This document shows, piece after piece, positions 40,501 to 52,254 of a stretch of 64,000 nucleotides of DNA (the stretch's first letter is position 1; the number at the start of each line of letters is the position of its first letter). Both the position numbers and the translations under genes were made by a program. Location: the NCBI GenBank assembly GCA_009103225.1, contig RHPI01003369.1:1578017-1642016 (forward strand), in the 5' to 3' direction. The notes beneath the pieces are model-generated. The model made no database searches and had not been told where the DNA came from. It saw only the letters and a program-made list of their open reading frames with translations. The DNA is from Chlorokybus atmophyticus (lineage: Eukaryota > Plantae > Mesostigma and Chlorokybus algae).

Positions 40501-42560
40501 GTGTAATCTCTTCTACCTCTCTTGCCGCTTGATCTATTCTCACTGATTGCTCTGCCAGCTTTGCCACTGACCCTATGCTGCTGAATTGCAAGTGCTAGCA
40601 TATGCAGCTTGCAGTTTGGTCATCATGTCGGGCTGTCCAGGAGTTTCCTGTAACGCAATCCTGTGTCGGGAGTGTACACAGTGGTCACCGACAAATTGTT
40701 GTACAGGAGTTGAGCATGCAGAACTGTAAGAAGCATGTGACGTGTGCATTTGGCAGCCTGCAGCTGGAGGCAGGAGCGGTGACAACACGTGCACAAGAGA
40801 TATACTTGTGTGGCTGTGTGGTTATCAGCTTACAGCTTGTGCACATCACTTGTGTGGCTGCCTCATACTCGTGTACGCATACGGGCGCCGCCGCGCGGCG
40901 CATGAGCCAATGGCAGGCTCTCTCTGCCCCAACTTGGAAAGCCGTATGCAGGTAATTGGCTGTTTTCTTGAGTGAAAGCTACTGGAGAAAGCCAAGTGCT
41001 AGAAACGCTTAACTTTCCGATCTCTATCCTGTGCTGAAGCTTGCCTTGCTTCAACTGTTGCCACCATTGCAGGGAAAATCTGGAGGTCCTGCATGCTCAG
41101 ATGCACGCGCTGCAGTACATCGCCACCGGCCAGAGAGTGTTGTCATGCCGCCGATGCAGGTGTTGCAAAATCCTTGAGGGAGGAGGACATAAAGCCAGAG
41201 CCAGGACCACTGGCCGTGGGTTCCGCAGCCAGGCGCCTCAAGCAAGTTGGTTGCACAACACATTGGATGAGCGAGCATGCTGTACGCATGCGGCGCACGC
41301 GCTACCGCAGGCACAACTGACGTGCTACTTATTTGCGCTTTTTACCCTCTTGATGATGTTGAAGATGTTACTCTCACTGTCTGTAAAGAGAACTTGGCAT
41401 GCCTGCTGGTCAGGTTGGGTGTGAGGCTGCTCTTGCATTATCATCATTAAGCCCGTTCTCTGCCAAAGTATGGTTGGCGCTGCGCCAGCACAGTTGCAAG
41501 TGCTGGCGCAGGGCTAAGTGCTGTTGGAGCCGCAGCAGTGTAGTCGCTCATAATCACGCATGCATTCTCCCACACAACTTTGTGCTATCAATTGCTCTCT
41601 CTCACAATTGTGCCATCTATGCCACTAACCCTATCTGCGTTCTCAGTAGTACGCATGCAGTCTTCAAGACCCAATCTTCATTGCTGCAAAGCAATTTGGC
41701 TTTGCGGACATACACATTGGTCACCGACAGGCTGTTGTTTGTATACAACATGCAGCTCTGTCACAACATGTGCGCGCTTCGCAGCCTGCATGCAGGAGCG
41801 GTAATCTCTACAACTACACGAGTAACGTGCGCATGTAGTTGTTCAGCTTGACACATACTCGACAGGCTGCAGCCGCTGTCCGTCTCATACCTGTATACAA
41901 GCGATATCGCCAGTGGCAGGTTCCTTCTTCCCAAACCACTTGAGACAGCTTGGCGCTGCGACTTTGGAGACTTTGCCTTGCAACCGTTGCCAGCTTTGCA
42001 GGGTCCAGTGCAGGTTCTGTATGCCCAGATGCATGCGCCAAGATACATCGCCACTGGCGAGAAGGTGTCCTAGCAGCTGATGCAGGTGTTACAAACCCAT
42101 CAGGAAGAGGAGATGGACCAGTTGTCCGCTTGGTCTGCAGGACAGTCAGGCGCGTTAAGCAAGTTCAAACCGTGTTGCACAACATGTGACATTGAACGCA
42201 GGCATGGTCTACGCACGTGCACTCGCTACCGCAGGCACAACTGATCTGCTTAGTTTCCTGGCCCCTCATGATGCCCTGTTGCTGTACTATTGACACGAGT
42301 GTTTGCATGTGTGTACGTGAAATGACTTTGTCTCCATTGACCGCTGTCCAGGCGCTGTCCAGGCGCAGGCAGCTGTGGAACCCTCATGCACGTCTCTCTC
42401 TCTCTCTCTCTCTCTCTCTGGAGGCAAGCCATGCAGCGCATGTATTCGCCACGCAATTGTTCGTGCGCCTGCCAGAGTGTGAAGGAAGTGAGAAGGTGTT
42501 CTGGTCCAATCCGCCGCCAAGCGCAATCAGGAGGGAGAGCAGTGTCTTGCAGAAGCCAAA
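37550..42560 (+). pseudogene. Decayed paralogue of the QLQ gene with internal tandem amplification
   Basis: Upstream block acgctacgtaaccca...agaaagccaggtgcg shared with ~28655-28690. Exon 1/2 homologue VPRGMRVSCPANTC|HYQSNTGKAPAGAPAQA. Four QLQ-like exon copies. Last-exon homologue LWNPHARL(SL)n-LEASHAAHVFATQ at ~42380-42460. Stops and frameshifts throughout. Confidence 0.7.
38240..42300 (+). repeat. Tandem array of four diverged ~1.04 kb units
   Basis: Marker actct..actg...ggcatggctgctagtc recurs at ~38240, 39275, 40325 and 41370. QLQ-like exon starts at ~38955, 39885, 41072 and 42000. Extra ~150 bp partial duplication at ~40130-40270. Confidence 0.85.
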
Positions 42561-44319
42561 GTACCAAGCACATTACATGCAGTACAGGTTTCAACGTTGC
42601 CTGTGCTCTGCTTTTCAGGCTGGCAGAGTCTTTCAGGTGTTTAGGGCCAAGCGTAGGGCTAGATTGGCATGTAGGTGAGGCTGCAGTACCTACATAACGA
42701 GGTACTGCAAGTACCTGCTTGATGAGTTTGGTACGCGCTGCTGTCGGTGTTGCTGAGGGGGCCAGCACAATATTGTTGGTTGGTTGCCTGCTTGGTTGCT
42801 AATGCCTGCCAGGTTGTTTGCTGCCCAACCGCTAACTTGCAGCTGCCGACAGCTGCTCCGTTACTAACTGATAAATGTGTGCGTGAGTGTCAGTGCTTTC
42901 AATAGTGTGTTCTGCTGTAACACAGTCAATGCATGGTTTCCGTCTGTGCACTGCCTGCTCTGCAGGCTGCGACCATGCACTGCTCTAGTAGATGTTGTTG
43001 CCCCATGGAGGATGGCTAGGTAACGTGCGCGCGTGTGTTGGCATCCAACCAGAACTAGAGAAATGCTGTGCTGGGGCTGAGTGCTGCTCATGCTTGATGA
43101 AATCCACCGCACGGACAAAGGACAGTGGTTTTATAATGGTTGCAACCGAGCGTGATGAGCCATACAATCAAGCACCGTGCCACGGTAGCGCCTCTGAGGT
43201 CGTTGACCTGGCTGTTTTTCAGTGCTGTTGCTTGCTTGCGTGCTTCACCCACGAATTCCAGCTGTCATAATCTCTCCTGCTTAAACTCAACAGTGCTTTC
43301 CTGCGGGTGCATGCGCTGAGCAGAGACGCACTGCCCTGCCCAAAAGGTACGCCAATCTGCATGCGTAGTCATATGCGTGTCATACACTGCATGCCTACGA
43401 CACATACCTTATACACGTGCACGTTGATAACCCAACGTTGATGTTTCACACAGATAGCCTCCACGTGGTGCTACGCGATAATCTTCATGATCATGGCAAG
43501 CTGTCGAGAAGCACTATCATTCAACAGTTGCACTTATTGCTTAGCTGTGCATGCATGTACAGATATGCCGCATGCGCCATGCATGCGTGGAATGCATAGT
43601 CAGGGAGCTTTCTTTTGCATTATCCACTCCTCCCCTACACTATTAGAGGAGTGGAAGACAGTCCTCAGATGCATGCCATGCTGCTGGGGATGCAAGCTGA
43701 TGCCCAACACATGTTGCATGCAGGACATGCCGCCTGCCAACATGCGTAGCAGGCATGTGCCTGTTGACTGAAAGGAGCCCTTCAAAAGATACGCATCGCT
43801 GGCATCAAGCTTCTGCATATTGGCTCAAGGGACTGCAGCTGCAGTGCATGGCATGCATGCGCCTTTGCCAAGTGAGTGCTGGCTGACACGTCCTCACATG
43901 GTCACCAGTACTCGCCACACGGTGTGGCGAGTACTCGTGAACACTGTTGTTGCCAGGTAGAAGGTGTTTGCCGCTTTGCATGGTGTGCATGCATAGTTGC
44001 CCTTGCCTGCACGTTCTGCAGTCATCATTGTCAGGCATACGATATCTTTATTGTTTACTGACGTGAGTAGCTGCCAGACGTTGCTTTGGAGCAGGTGCAT
44101 GAGGACGTGCCAGAACCGTCCTTGTAGCCGATGAGTGATCAATACAGTGACTCCGTCGTCCTGCAAATCTGGCCCGCCGTACACTCGGACGCCCATCGTG
44201 ATGTAGTACATCGCGATGGGGCCTGCAGCATCCGTGTGAAAAAGGCGAGTCGCAAAGGACGAGTATACCCCCATGGTGTGTTTCGCAGTTATATCACTTC
44301 GCTACATCGAAACACCGCT

Positions 44320-44710
44320 TCCTCCCCCCTCCCTCATTGGTACTCCTCTGTCTCCCTCTCCAACCCTCTAGATCTCCCGCGCTCTCACCTGCCTTCCCTT
44401 TGCGTGTCTTTCCCTTTTGAGTCCTTCCCTCGCTCTTTTTTCGCTCTCTCTCTCCATGCATCGCCCAAGCCTTGGTCCTCGCCCTCTCTCCCTGCCTCTC
44501 CCTGTCTCCCTCTCCTTCTCTTTCTCCCACCCTCTCTCGCACTCCTTCCCTGTCTGCTGCTGGCTCTGTCCCTCCCTCTATATGTTCCCCTCGCTGATTC
44601 ACACTCCGTCTCACACACTCTTCACCTGGCTCCATCGCTCTCCAACACTTCCTGACTCTTTCCCTTATCTCTCACCCTCACTCCCTCTCCCTTCCTGTCT
44701 CTCACTGGCT
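44320..44710. repeat. Pyrimidine-rich (CT) low-complexity tract
   Basis: Near-pure C/T on the plus strand. Confidence 0.85.
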
Positions 44711-47575
44711 GCGCGGCGGTTTGATCATGGATACTTGATCAGCATGCAAGTGCGGTACACCACTACATGCTCGCCATGTTATAGCCCTCGTTACGCCCAC
44801 ATGCTGATGCATGACTGCTGTGCTGATGATTATGTGCAGGTTTCTCTGCTGATCGCTAACCCCAACCTCTCTCTCTCTGCAACTAGAAACACCTGTAAAG
44901 CATGCATGTTGCACGCTGGGGCAGCTCCCCGCTATTACTGCTGCGTTGCTTGTGCATGTCATGTGCTTGTCAAGCTGCCAGCTTGTTCCGTTGTTATGTT
45001 GCTGCAACCTGACTATGGTGCTGTGTTCATGACCACGCGCAGGCAACACGCTTGAGTAACCTGTATGTGCTCTGCAGGCAAGCCCTGAGGTTTGAGTTCC
45101 CTTGCATGTTGGGGTGCTGACTGAGCCTTTGCACTTGAGTACCTCGTAACATGGAAGCTTGGCTGCAACTCTACTGGACAACGCCTTTAATGACTGGGAG
45201 GATGAAGGACCAACAAGCACCTCAATGCTGCACAACAGGTCCGTAGATGCTTCTGGATTGCTGAATGGTATGAGTGTCAGCCGCTGCCTTGGCAAGGGGG
45301 TGCATGCAACAGCTGTGAGAAAGGCAAAACGTGAATGAGGTACGTTTTTTTATAATCATCGAAAGAGCAGAGAACCTGAAGGTGGCGGCCAGCTAGTTGG
45401 TTTTTCTCTCATGCATTGCTCTCTTGCTTTAACAAAGTCTTTGGCCAGTCGATTATCACTGGCTTTTTGCAATCGTTCTCTTCAGGATCTCGGTGGATTG
45501 CCACAGCTCTGGCAAACCGTCCAGGTTGCAGGATCCAGTCTTCTGGCTGGTATCAGCAACCTGCTGCATCACCAACGTGATAAGTGCATCCTTCACTGCT
45601 GGTGCCATCACGAGCACGCGCGCATGCATGCACGCGTGCGTAAGGAGAAGCAAACACACGAATCAGCGCACACGCGGGCGAGCGCACACACATCTCTCCA
45701 GAACAACGCTGAGGACTCATTGCATGCTTCTCATGATTAGGAGCTCGCTATCTGCACAGTGGGCTGTTTGTGAACCACACTGTAACGCATGCAGGATGCC
45801 TACTGCTCTGCATGTTGGAATGCTGATCCGTCTTACGCATCTTCATACATGAACAGTAGACTTTCAGCTCTGCCGGACACAATGCGTTGATGGGCAACCT
45901 GGTAGTTTGAGGAGAGACCAGCCACCAACCTGCTGCAGGACAGGTAGGAGATGTTGCTTAAGTGTTAAGCTGCAAGTTCAGACACAGCCTTGGCAACGTC
46001 ACACATGCACTGACTTTGGGCGTTTTGGACGTGACCAACCATCTCTACACACTCTGTACAAATGAAGAAAGGTTGTGGGCAACTGGCCAGCTTTTCCGCT
46101 ATTCTCTCTGTTGCAGTTGTCTTTCTCATGCAAGGTTTGTCCTGTAAGTGGACATGGGCAGGCTCTGTCTTCCTCAATCTTGCACATGCAAGTATTCCTA
46201 ACATGGCGCACGAATTGGTAATTGTATCATGCACTGCAAGGCTTGGTTACGCACAAGCCTTTACGTGCACGCAGGTACGCATGCAGGCAGGCACCCACGC
46301 ACGGAGCGCGTGTACTGCTCAATCACGCATGCACGTACACAACATACGTGCGCGCACACACACACGAATGTGTCATGCTGTGTGGAGCATGACGAGCAGT
46401 ATGTGCTGCATACTCATGGTGCAGGCACTCAGCGCGCTTGAGCATTCCAGCACGTGCACATGCACATGCACCTACATCTACGCATCATAGACTAATCTTG
46501 CGAGCGTTGTTATCTGTCCAGTTCAGCTGCCCAAACTCGTTGCGCAGCATTTAGGTTGCAGCGCGGATACGGCGATCGTCAAGCAGTCAACAGCATCGCG
46601 CGCGTTTGAGGTTAAAAGGCAAGAGATCACACATGCGCAATGATCCCCCTTCTGCCACTCTTATGTACTGGTTCTACACTAATCACTCTTGTAATATTAT
46701 ACTGCCAGCTCAGATGCCGCATCGCACTCATGCGACTGCATGACTGCGATGCGTCGAGTTGAAGCTTATATGGACTAGACACTCTCTGCGAATGTCTGGG
46801 TTGTTCCCAACTGGCTTAAGCACGCTCGCACTTGCGGCTGTCGTATATCAAAGGCAAAGTTGCATGCTGCGGTTGCCATCATCCGTGTTATGACAGGATA
46901 TAGGCTGGTGGAAGGCGTCATAGGTGTGGCGTTGGCCTGACCTTGGCCGCTAAGCACTGCGCCTGCAGGTACTGCTGGGTGCTGCTCTGCTTGCACCAGC
47001 CCGCCTGTCTATCCTTGCATCCCACTGCAAGTAACCAAAACCCTTAGCCAAGGGATAAACCAGTAGAAATGAAGCAGCTGTACGGTAAGAAAGTGAAGTC
47101 GTGGTGGTGATGAATGTGCTATATGTATATGCTGTGTATGCTTACCCTGTAGGCGCCCATGTTGTATTGAATGCTCACCTCGTTGATTGATATCTGCTGC
47201 AGCGGCTCACACTGGAAGAACATGTGACATGGCAGGCACGCATGTATACTGACGACAACACTTGTCAAACAGAGAGTGTAACACAACACATCGACCATGA
47301 TCAACTTATGAATTAGTCTTGGCACAGTAGACAATGACGTCTATATCCCTCTCACACTCATTGCTACCGTATACAAAAGGTCTTCAGCTTGTGCAACAGT
47401 CATTGCGTATACAAAGTCTACCCAACGCCCGACCATACCTAACAACAATCAACCACCAACCACAACCACCTACGGCCATACTCGTATGTTTCCAGTCACA
47501 GCACCATTAACCGCAACACAACTAGCCACCCAACACAGCAGCCACGGCGACAACCACTCGCACCTGCCGCGGGAT

Positions 47576-47790
47576 CTAGCCCGGCACCGCCGTCGCGCAA
47601 CGCTTGAGCAGCGCCAGGCCCTGCGCGCGCTGCAACGCCACCGCTACACGCTGCCGAAACCGTTCCGCGTAGCCGCTGGAGCGTTGTAGAGGAAGCCCCT
47701 GTGTGTACACGTGTGCCTGTCTGGCTCACATCTTCTGAACCTCCACCAACGCCACCCCCACCGTGCCGCAGGGTTTACCGCCAGGGGAAA
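47576..47790 (-). mobile_element. 3' remnant of a restriction-like-endonuclease (REL) non-LTR retrotransposon (CRE-like)
   Basis: FPLAV/[frameshift]PCGTVGVALVEVQKM*ARQAH...YAERFRQRVAVALQRAQGLALLKR, resembling the REL-clade C-terminal PxAVETxGxxG...RQRxSVALQRxNA signature. Followed by a GT-rich tail. Confidence 0.55.
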
Positions 47791-49134
47791 GCAACGATCC
47801 GCCGGTCTATATGCACAGGTTGCTGAAGGTCTTACTACTATGGGGGTACATGACAGGGCAGAGTTGCTGATAGATAGCTCAAGGTTCAACTTACATGCTG
47901 TGGCTTGCGTTGAAATAGATGCTCCAAGTAGTGCGAGCAAGTGCTGCGAGAAGACTTTGCAGAAGGTGAGGCTAGCATTAGTGCCAACCTGCTGGCTGCA
48001 ACCGCCCTGCACAACGGGTGCGTCATAATATGCATGCGTGCCAGCGGTAGCTGAGCATGTCGCCGCAATACGTAGGGACTGTCGGGACGAGATGTAAGTA
48101 TTGACCTGTAGAAGGATGGTGCAGTGTACTTGCATATATCTGTCATATTGTGCCACACTTGCGCACTGTGCAGCATAGTTCTAACCAATGTGGCGCGCAG
48201 GGTCAGCCACCGTGTGCAGCAAACTGGAGTGCAGTGAAGCAACAACCTAGCCTCATGTTCAAGTTGTTTCACTGTAAGGTTGTAACCTGATTAGGTAGTC
48301 ATCCTCCAATCCCCTCGCCTCCATTGTGCACAGTAGCGCATGCGTAGACTTGGACATGACTACTACAACAGCTTTGGACATGGTGTTTGTGCCTAATTGC
48401 TAAGATGTAATAGATGCACGAGGACTGCATGGAATGGCGATCTTTGCAAAGAGATGAACCAACCCATCTATATGCGCTGGGAGTAAGCAGGGTCTCAACC
48501 TGGGAGCTGAGCCTGCTGACGCCTGACAGGGCGCCACTTGTTGAGCGATTGCTATGCGAGGCAACTGTAAGCAGACGCTAACAGGGGGAAAAGCGCCAAC
48601 AGGGTGAAGGTGCATGTGAAAACAAACACTTTTCATACACCTCATACAGCAGGGAAAGTGCGTATGTGACTAGCAGTCCCATGGCGCTGACAGGTGTCAC
48701 ACAACCAGCAATGAGCTATGACCTGTGCTTACTGAACAACCTGCCAATCTAGTGTGCCATAACCCTGTGCTACAGAACCAAAATGTGCAGTGACTCGGCA
48801 CCTCTTGGCTAGAACACGAGCCAAGGTGCTATCCTCACTGCTGGTGGGTGTAGTCACACGCCGAGGCTGGGTCGCCATCTCCAAGAGATCTGCTGCGCAA
48901 CTCAGAATTTCACTTCACCCGCCTTCCCAAGCATGTTCTGCCTGCGTACCTGGCCTGGCTGGTGTGTGCGTGCGCATCTGATATCTGTGCATGAGTGGCA
49001 CAGATGATGAGTCAAATGCATGGTATGCTGAAGATGCAGACATGAGCGCGGATGAGTGTCCTGCTGTCCTGTGTGGAAAGTGGCTCTCCTCCAGCAAAAC
49101 ACGCAAGAGAAGCTTCTTGCCACTCGAAAAGACA

Positions 49135-49135
<1 letters not shown>

Positions 49136-49219
<84 letters not shown>

Positions 49220-49478
49220 NNNNNNNNNNNNNNNNNNNNNNNNNNNNNNNNNNNNNNNNNNNNNNNNNNNNNNNNNNNNNNNNNNNNNNNNNNNNNNNNN
49301 NNNNNNNNNNNNNNNNNNNNNNNNNNNNNNNNNNNNNNNNNNNNNNNNNNNNNNNNNNNNNNNNNNNNNNNNNNNNNNNNNNNNNNNNNNNNNNNNNNNN
49401 NNNNNNNNNNNNNNNNNNNNNNNNNNNNNNNNNNNNNNNNNNNNNNNNNNNNNNNNNNNNNNNNNNNNNNNNNNNNNN

Positions 49479-49530
<52 letters not shown>
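49136..49530. repeat. (GA)n microsatellite containing an assembly gap (N 49220-49478)
   Basis: Direct inspection. Confidence 0.95.
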
Positions 49531-49531
<1 letters not shown>

Positions 49532-50660
49532 GCGTAATGTAAGGATGGTAATGTCATCGTGGCACGGAGACTATGGCGTGGATAAGAAGCGGTAGGGGCA
49601 AAAAACCGGGCAGTTACCCCGCCCGCCATGCAATTTATATCAGCGAATCTGATCGTGGTCAGACGCAATGGGATACATGGTTGCACGTGCTGCATACGCG
49701 CAACTAGAATGTGTGACAATGACAGGTATCCATATAGAGGACTGTTCACCCAAGCTGTACCTCTGAGTCTTCACAGCTCTAACTGGCCTTTCTGGGGCAG
49801 GCAAGCATCCCATACACCAGACCTTGAGCGCATTTATACTCGGCTCATCTGGAGGCTGGGATGGCTGCTGCCGCTGCTGCTGCTGCTGCTGCGCTCCGCT
49901 CCTCCTCCAAATCGTGTAAACACTCGCTCGCTTGGTTCTGCAGCACTAGCGCCGCCGAGACTCTGCGGCAAACCTTCAGCCCTGACGGTGCCCCCTGCCG
50001 CTGCCGCCACCATCACACTCCAGGCCTTGGCAGCAAGCTGTTTTGCTGACGTCCGCTCTGCCAGCTTGCGTAGAACAGCGCGCGTGTGCTCAAATCAACA
50101 AGTTACATCAGCAACTGCCAGTTGCTGATGTGACCTGAGGCTCAGCGCACTCAGCACCCGCAGTCTCACAACATGGGACGTGACCCTGACGTGACACATG
50201 TTGCGACTTAAAGTATGCATTCCATGTTGCCTCTTGTTCTCCACTGCGCACGTGCGCACCTGTCACATCAGGGTAGTGCTATGTGCAAGGTATGCGCAGT
50301 GTCCGCAGGCAGCGGCAAAGACACAACAAATGCGTCCTGAATGCCGCATGACGTGAGGATCAACTACTACCGGCAGCTCAAGCCGTGTGTGTGCATGCAC
50401 GTCATGGCATGACCAGGTTACACAACAATAGTAATTGCACTGATATCAGTTCCAGGCATATGCTGATGTGACTGTTCCAGCACAACTCTGAGTTTCAGCA
50501 CAGTGCGCGCTATCAATGCCTGTTCAGGAAGCCAACATCATTGGTGCCTGCTATAAATTGCCTGTGAAGCCGTGAATGACCATGCGTGGCCAGCAAGCGG
50601 CTGTTTCACCTGACCACCACTGGAAGGGTCAGTAGTTCTCTCTGTGCGTGAGTCGTCGGG

Positions 50661-52254
50661 ATGGAGAGCCCAACGGTGGCGGGCGCCATAGTTGTGGTGG
50701 GAGATGGGATATTGTCAGCCTCGTGGCGAGGCAGAGTTAGGGTCACTGCAGTGGTGTTCTTTGCAACTCTGTTGGTAGTGTTGGCCGCCTTGCTCTGCAG
50801 AAATGAAGGCTTGATGCACACACACCTCCTCACACGCACACATTCTCACCAACTCTTGCGCACGCTGACACATGCACCCATGCTCACACACACACTTCAA
50901 ACATCGGGTTTGCATAAGGTAGACAGGTCGGTTTTACACTGATAGGTGCAATTGGTAACCTTGTGGCGCTGCCAGCATCAAAGACATTATTGCCATCGTA
51001 CCACCCAATAGTCTACGACAGCCCCCACCGTGACTTGCCACCCTGCGTGATGCTTTGTGAGTCTGGTTCTGCTTTGCATGTCGCAGAGCCACGTGCTTGT
51101 GCATCTATGACCTCCCACACACACTAAAGCAGCCTCTCACCAGCCACTTCTGGCCACTGGCAAAGACATCCCTCTAGAGACTACTGCCGCGCAAACAACA
51201 AGTACGCAGCTTATACCATATTGGTTGGACTAACCTACTCACCTGGCTGCATTGACCCATCTCTTTTGCAGGGATGACGAGTGGGATCCTTACATCCCTC
51301 AGGCCGCAGCAACACTTGATGTGTTGTATCTCCTCTCTACGCTGCGGGGAAAGACACTCCTGCTGGCAGGTGACAGTGTGATGGCGCAGCTGTGGTATGC
51401 ACTAATGTGCGCGTTGGAGCGGTATGCATTAGCACAGGGGGACAAAAGATATGAACGCCTGCGCACGCACTTCACGTGCGATTTCCCACCTGGCTTGAGC
51501 CCGCTCCCTGCTGATGTCTGCAAGGTTGTTGATGTGGGCAAAGATACTACAAACAGATTTAAGAATTGGCTGATGGTTTTGTTAATTTAGACAGCACGTA
51601 GAGACTACAATATAACAATCCTTGGGGTGAGTTAATCTCACCCCAAGGATTGTTGCAAGCATGGTCGTCTGCAGTGCGACAGATTTGCATGTGTATGCAT
51701 GTGAAAGTGAATTGATACTCACCAATTCCTGTCGGCATGGTTGGAGCAAGCTGATGTGGCAATTGTCAACTTTGGGCTGCATTACCACTGATTGGGTTTG
51801 TACGCCAGTCTAAGACGCTATCGGCTTGACACTTGGGTAGCTAGCTATGACGGCAAGGCAGCAGCATTCAGGGAGGTGTCAGCATAGCACTTTGCGCGAA
51901 CAGGCCATTTTATGCAAGGCTTGCATGCGGGCATACTACGCGGACGGGAATGCGAAGCATTGACCGCGAAAACATACCACAAGAATTTGATTTGGTTGCA
52001 GCGAGCAGATTTGCAGCACCGTTGCAGGTACCAACGTCTCCAACCTCCCATTCAATAACCTGACAGCTCCTCGCTGTGACATGCACCATGGGCCCCTCCT
52101 GCCCACGCAAACATCCCGCGACTGCACACACTATTGTTACACCTCTCTCTTTTTTGATGCCCACTTCACCGACATAGTTAAGTGGCTACAGCAGGATACT
52201 AGCAGCAGACCACAGCAGCGCATCTTATGTATGACGACAGCGCCTGTTCGTTAG
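50661..52254 (+). pseudogene. TRICHOME BIREFRINGENCE-LIKE / PC-esterase (SGNH O-acetyltransferase family) pseudogene
   Basis: N-terminal membrane anchor (50661-50810); LRGKTLLLAGDSVMAQLWYALMCAL (GDS motif); DYNITI; DVAIVNFGLHY; FREVSAxHF; RCDMH; DCTHYC (DxxH). In-frame stops at TAG 51588, TGA 51789 and TAG 51885, plus a frameshift at ~52015. Confidence 0.8.

Larger units (their letters stand above)
45140..50100 (-). other. Possible uncharacterised multi-exon gene or pseudogene (unassembled exon-like fragments)
   Basis: Protein-like stretches, several with AG/GT borders, e.g. RLTLIPFSNPEASTDLLCSIEVLVG...KLPCYE (~45285-45145), APAVKDALITLVMQQVAD (~45600), ERIAEKLASCPQPFFICTEC (~46100), ADLLEMATQPRRVTTPTSSEDSTLARVLAK (~48890), KKLLLRVLLEESHFPH (~49110), HTRAVLRKLAERTSAKQLAAKAW (~50080). 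No consistent model built and no domain recognised. Confidence 0.3.

Noticed and set aside
38240-42300. Regularly spaced repeats considered as a CRISPR-like or satellite array
   Set aside because: The period is about 1 kb, the whole unit is homologous (no unique spacers), and it derives from a spliced gene segment.
44131-45055. Long Ser/Leu/Pro-rich and Arg/Glu/Gly-rich ORFs
   Set aside because: By-products of a pyrimidine-only tract that has few stop codons on either strand.
48991-49749. ORFs with (ER)n / (SL)n repeats
   Set aside because: Translations of a (GA)n microsatellite spanning an N gap.
51588-51887. In-frame TAG/TGA in conserved TBL sequence suggesting stop-codon reassignment or selenocysteine
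   Set aside because: Long conserved exons of CWF19L2, CDC20 and the FemAB-like gene contain many Gln, none encoded by TAA/TAG. ACL4 ends in TAG. The TBL copy also has a frameshift, so pseudogenisation explains the stops.
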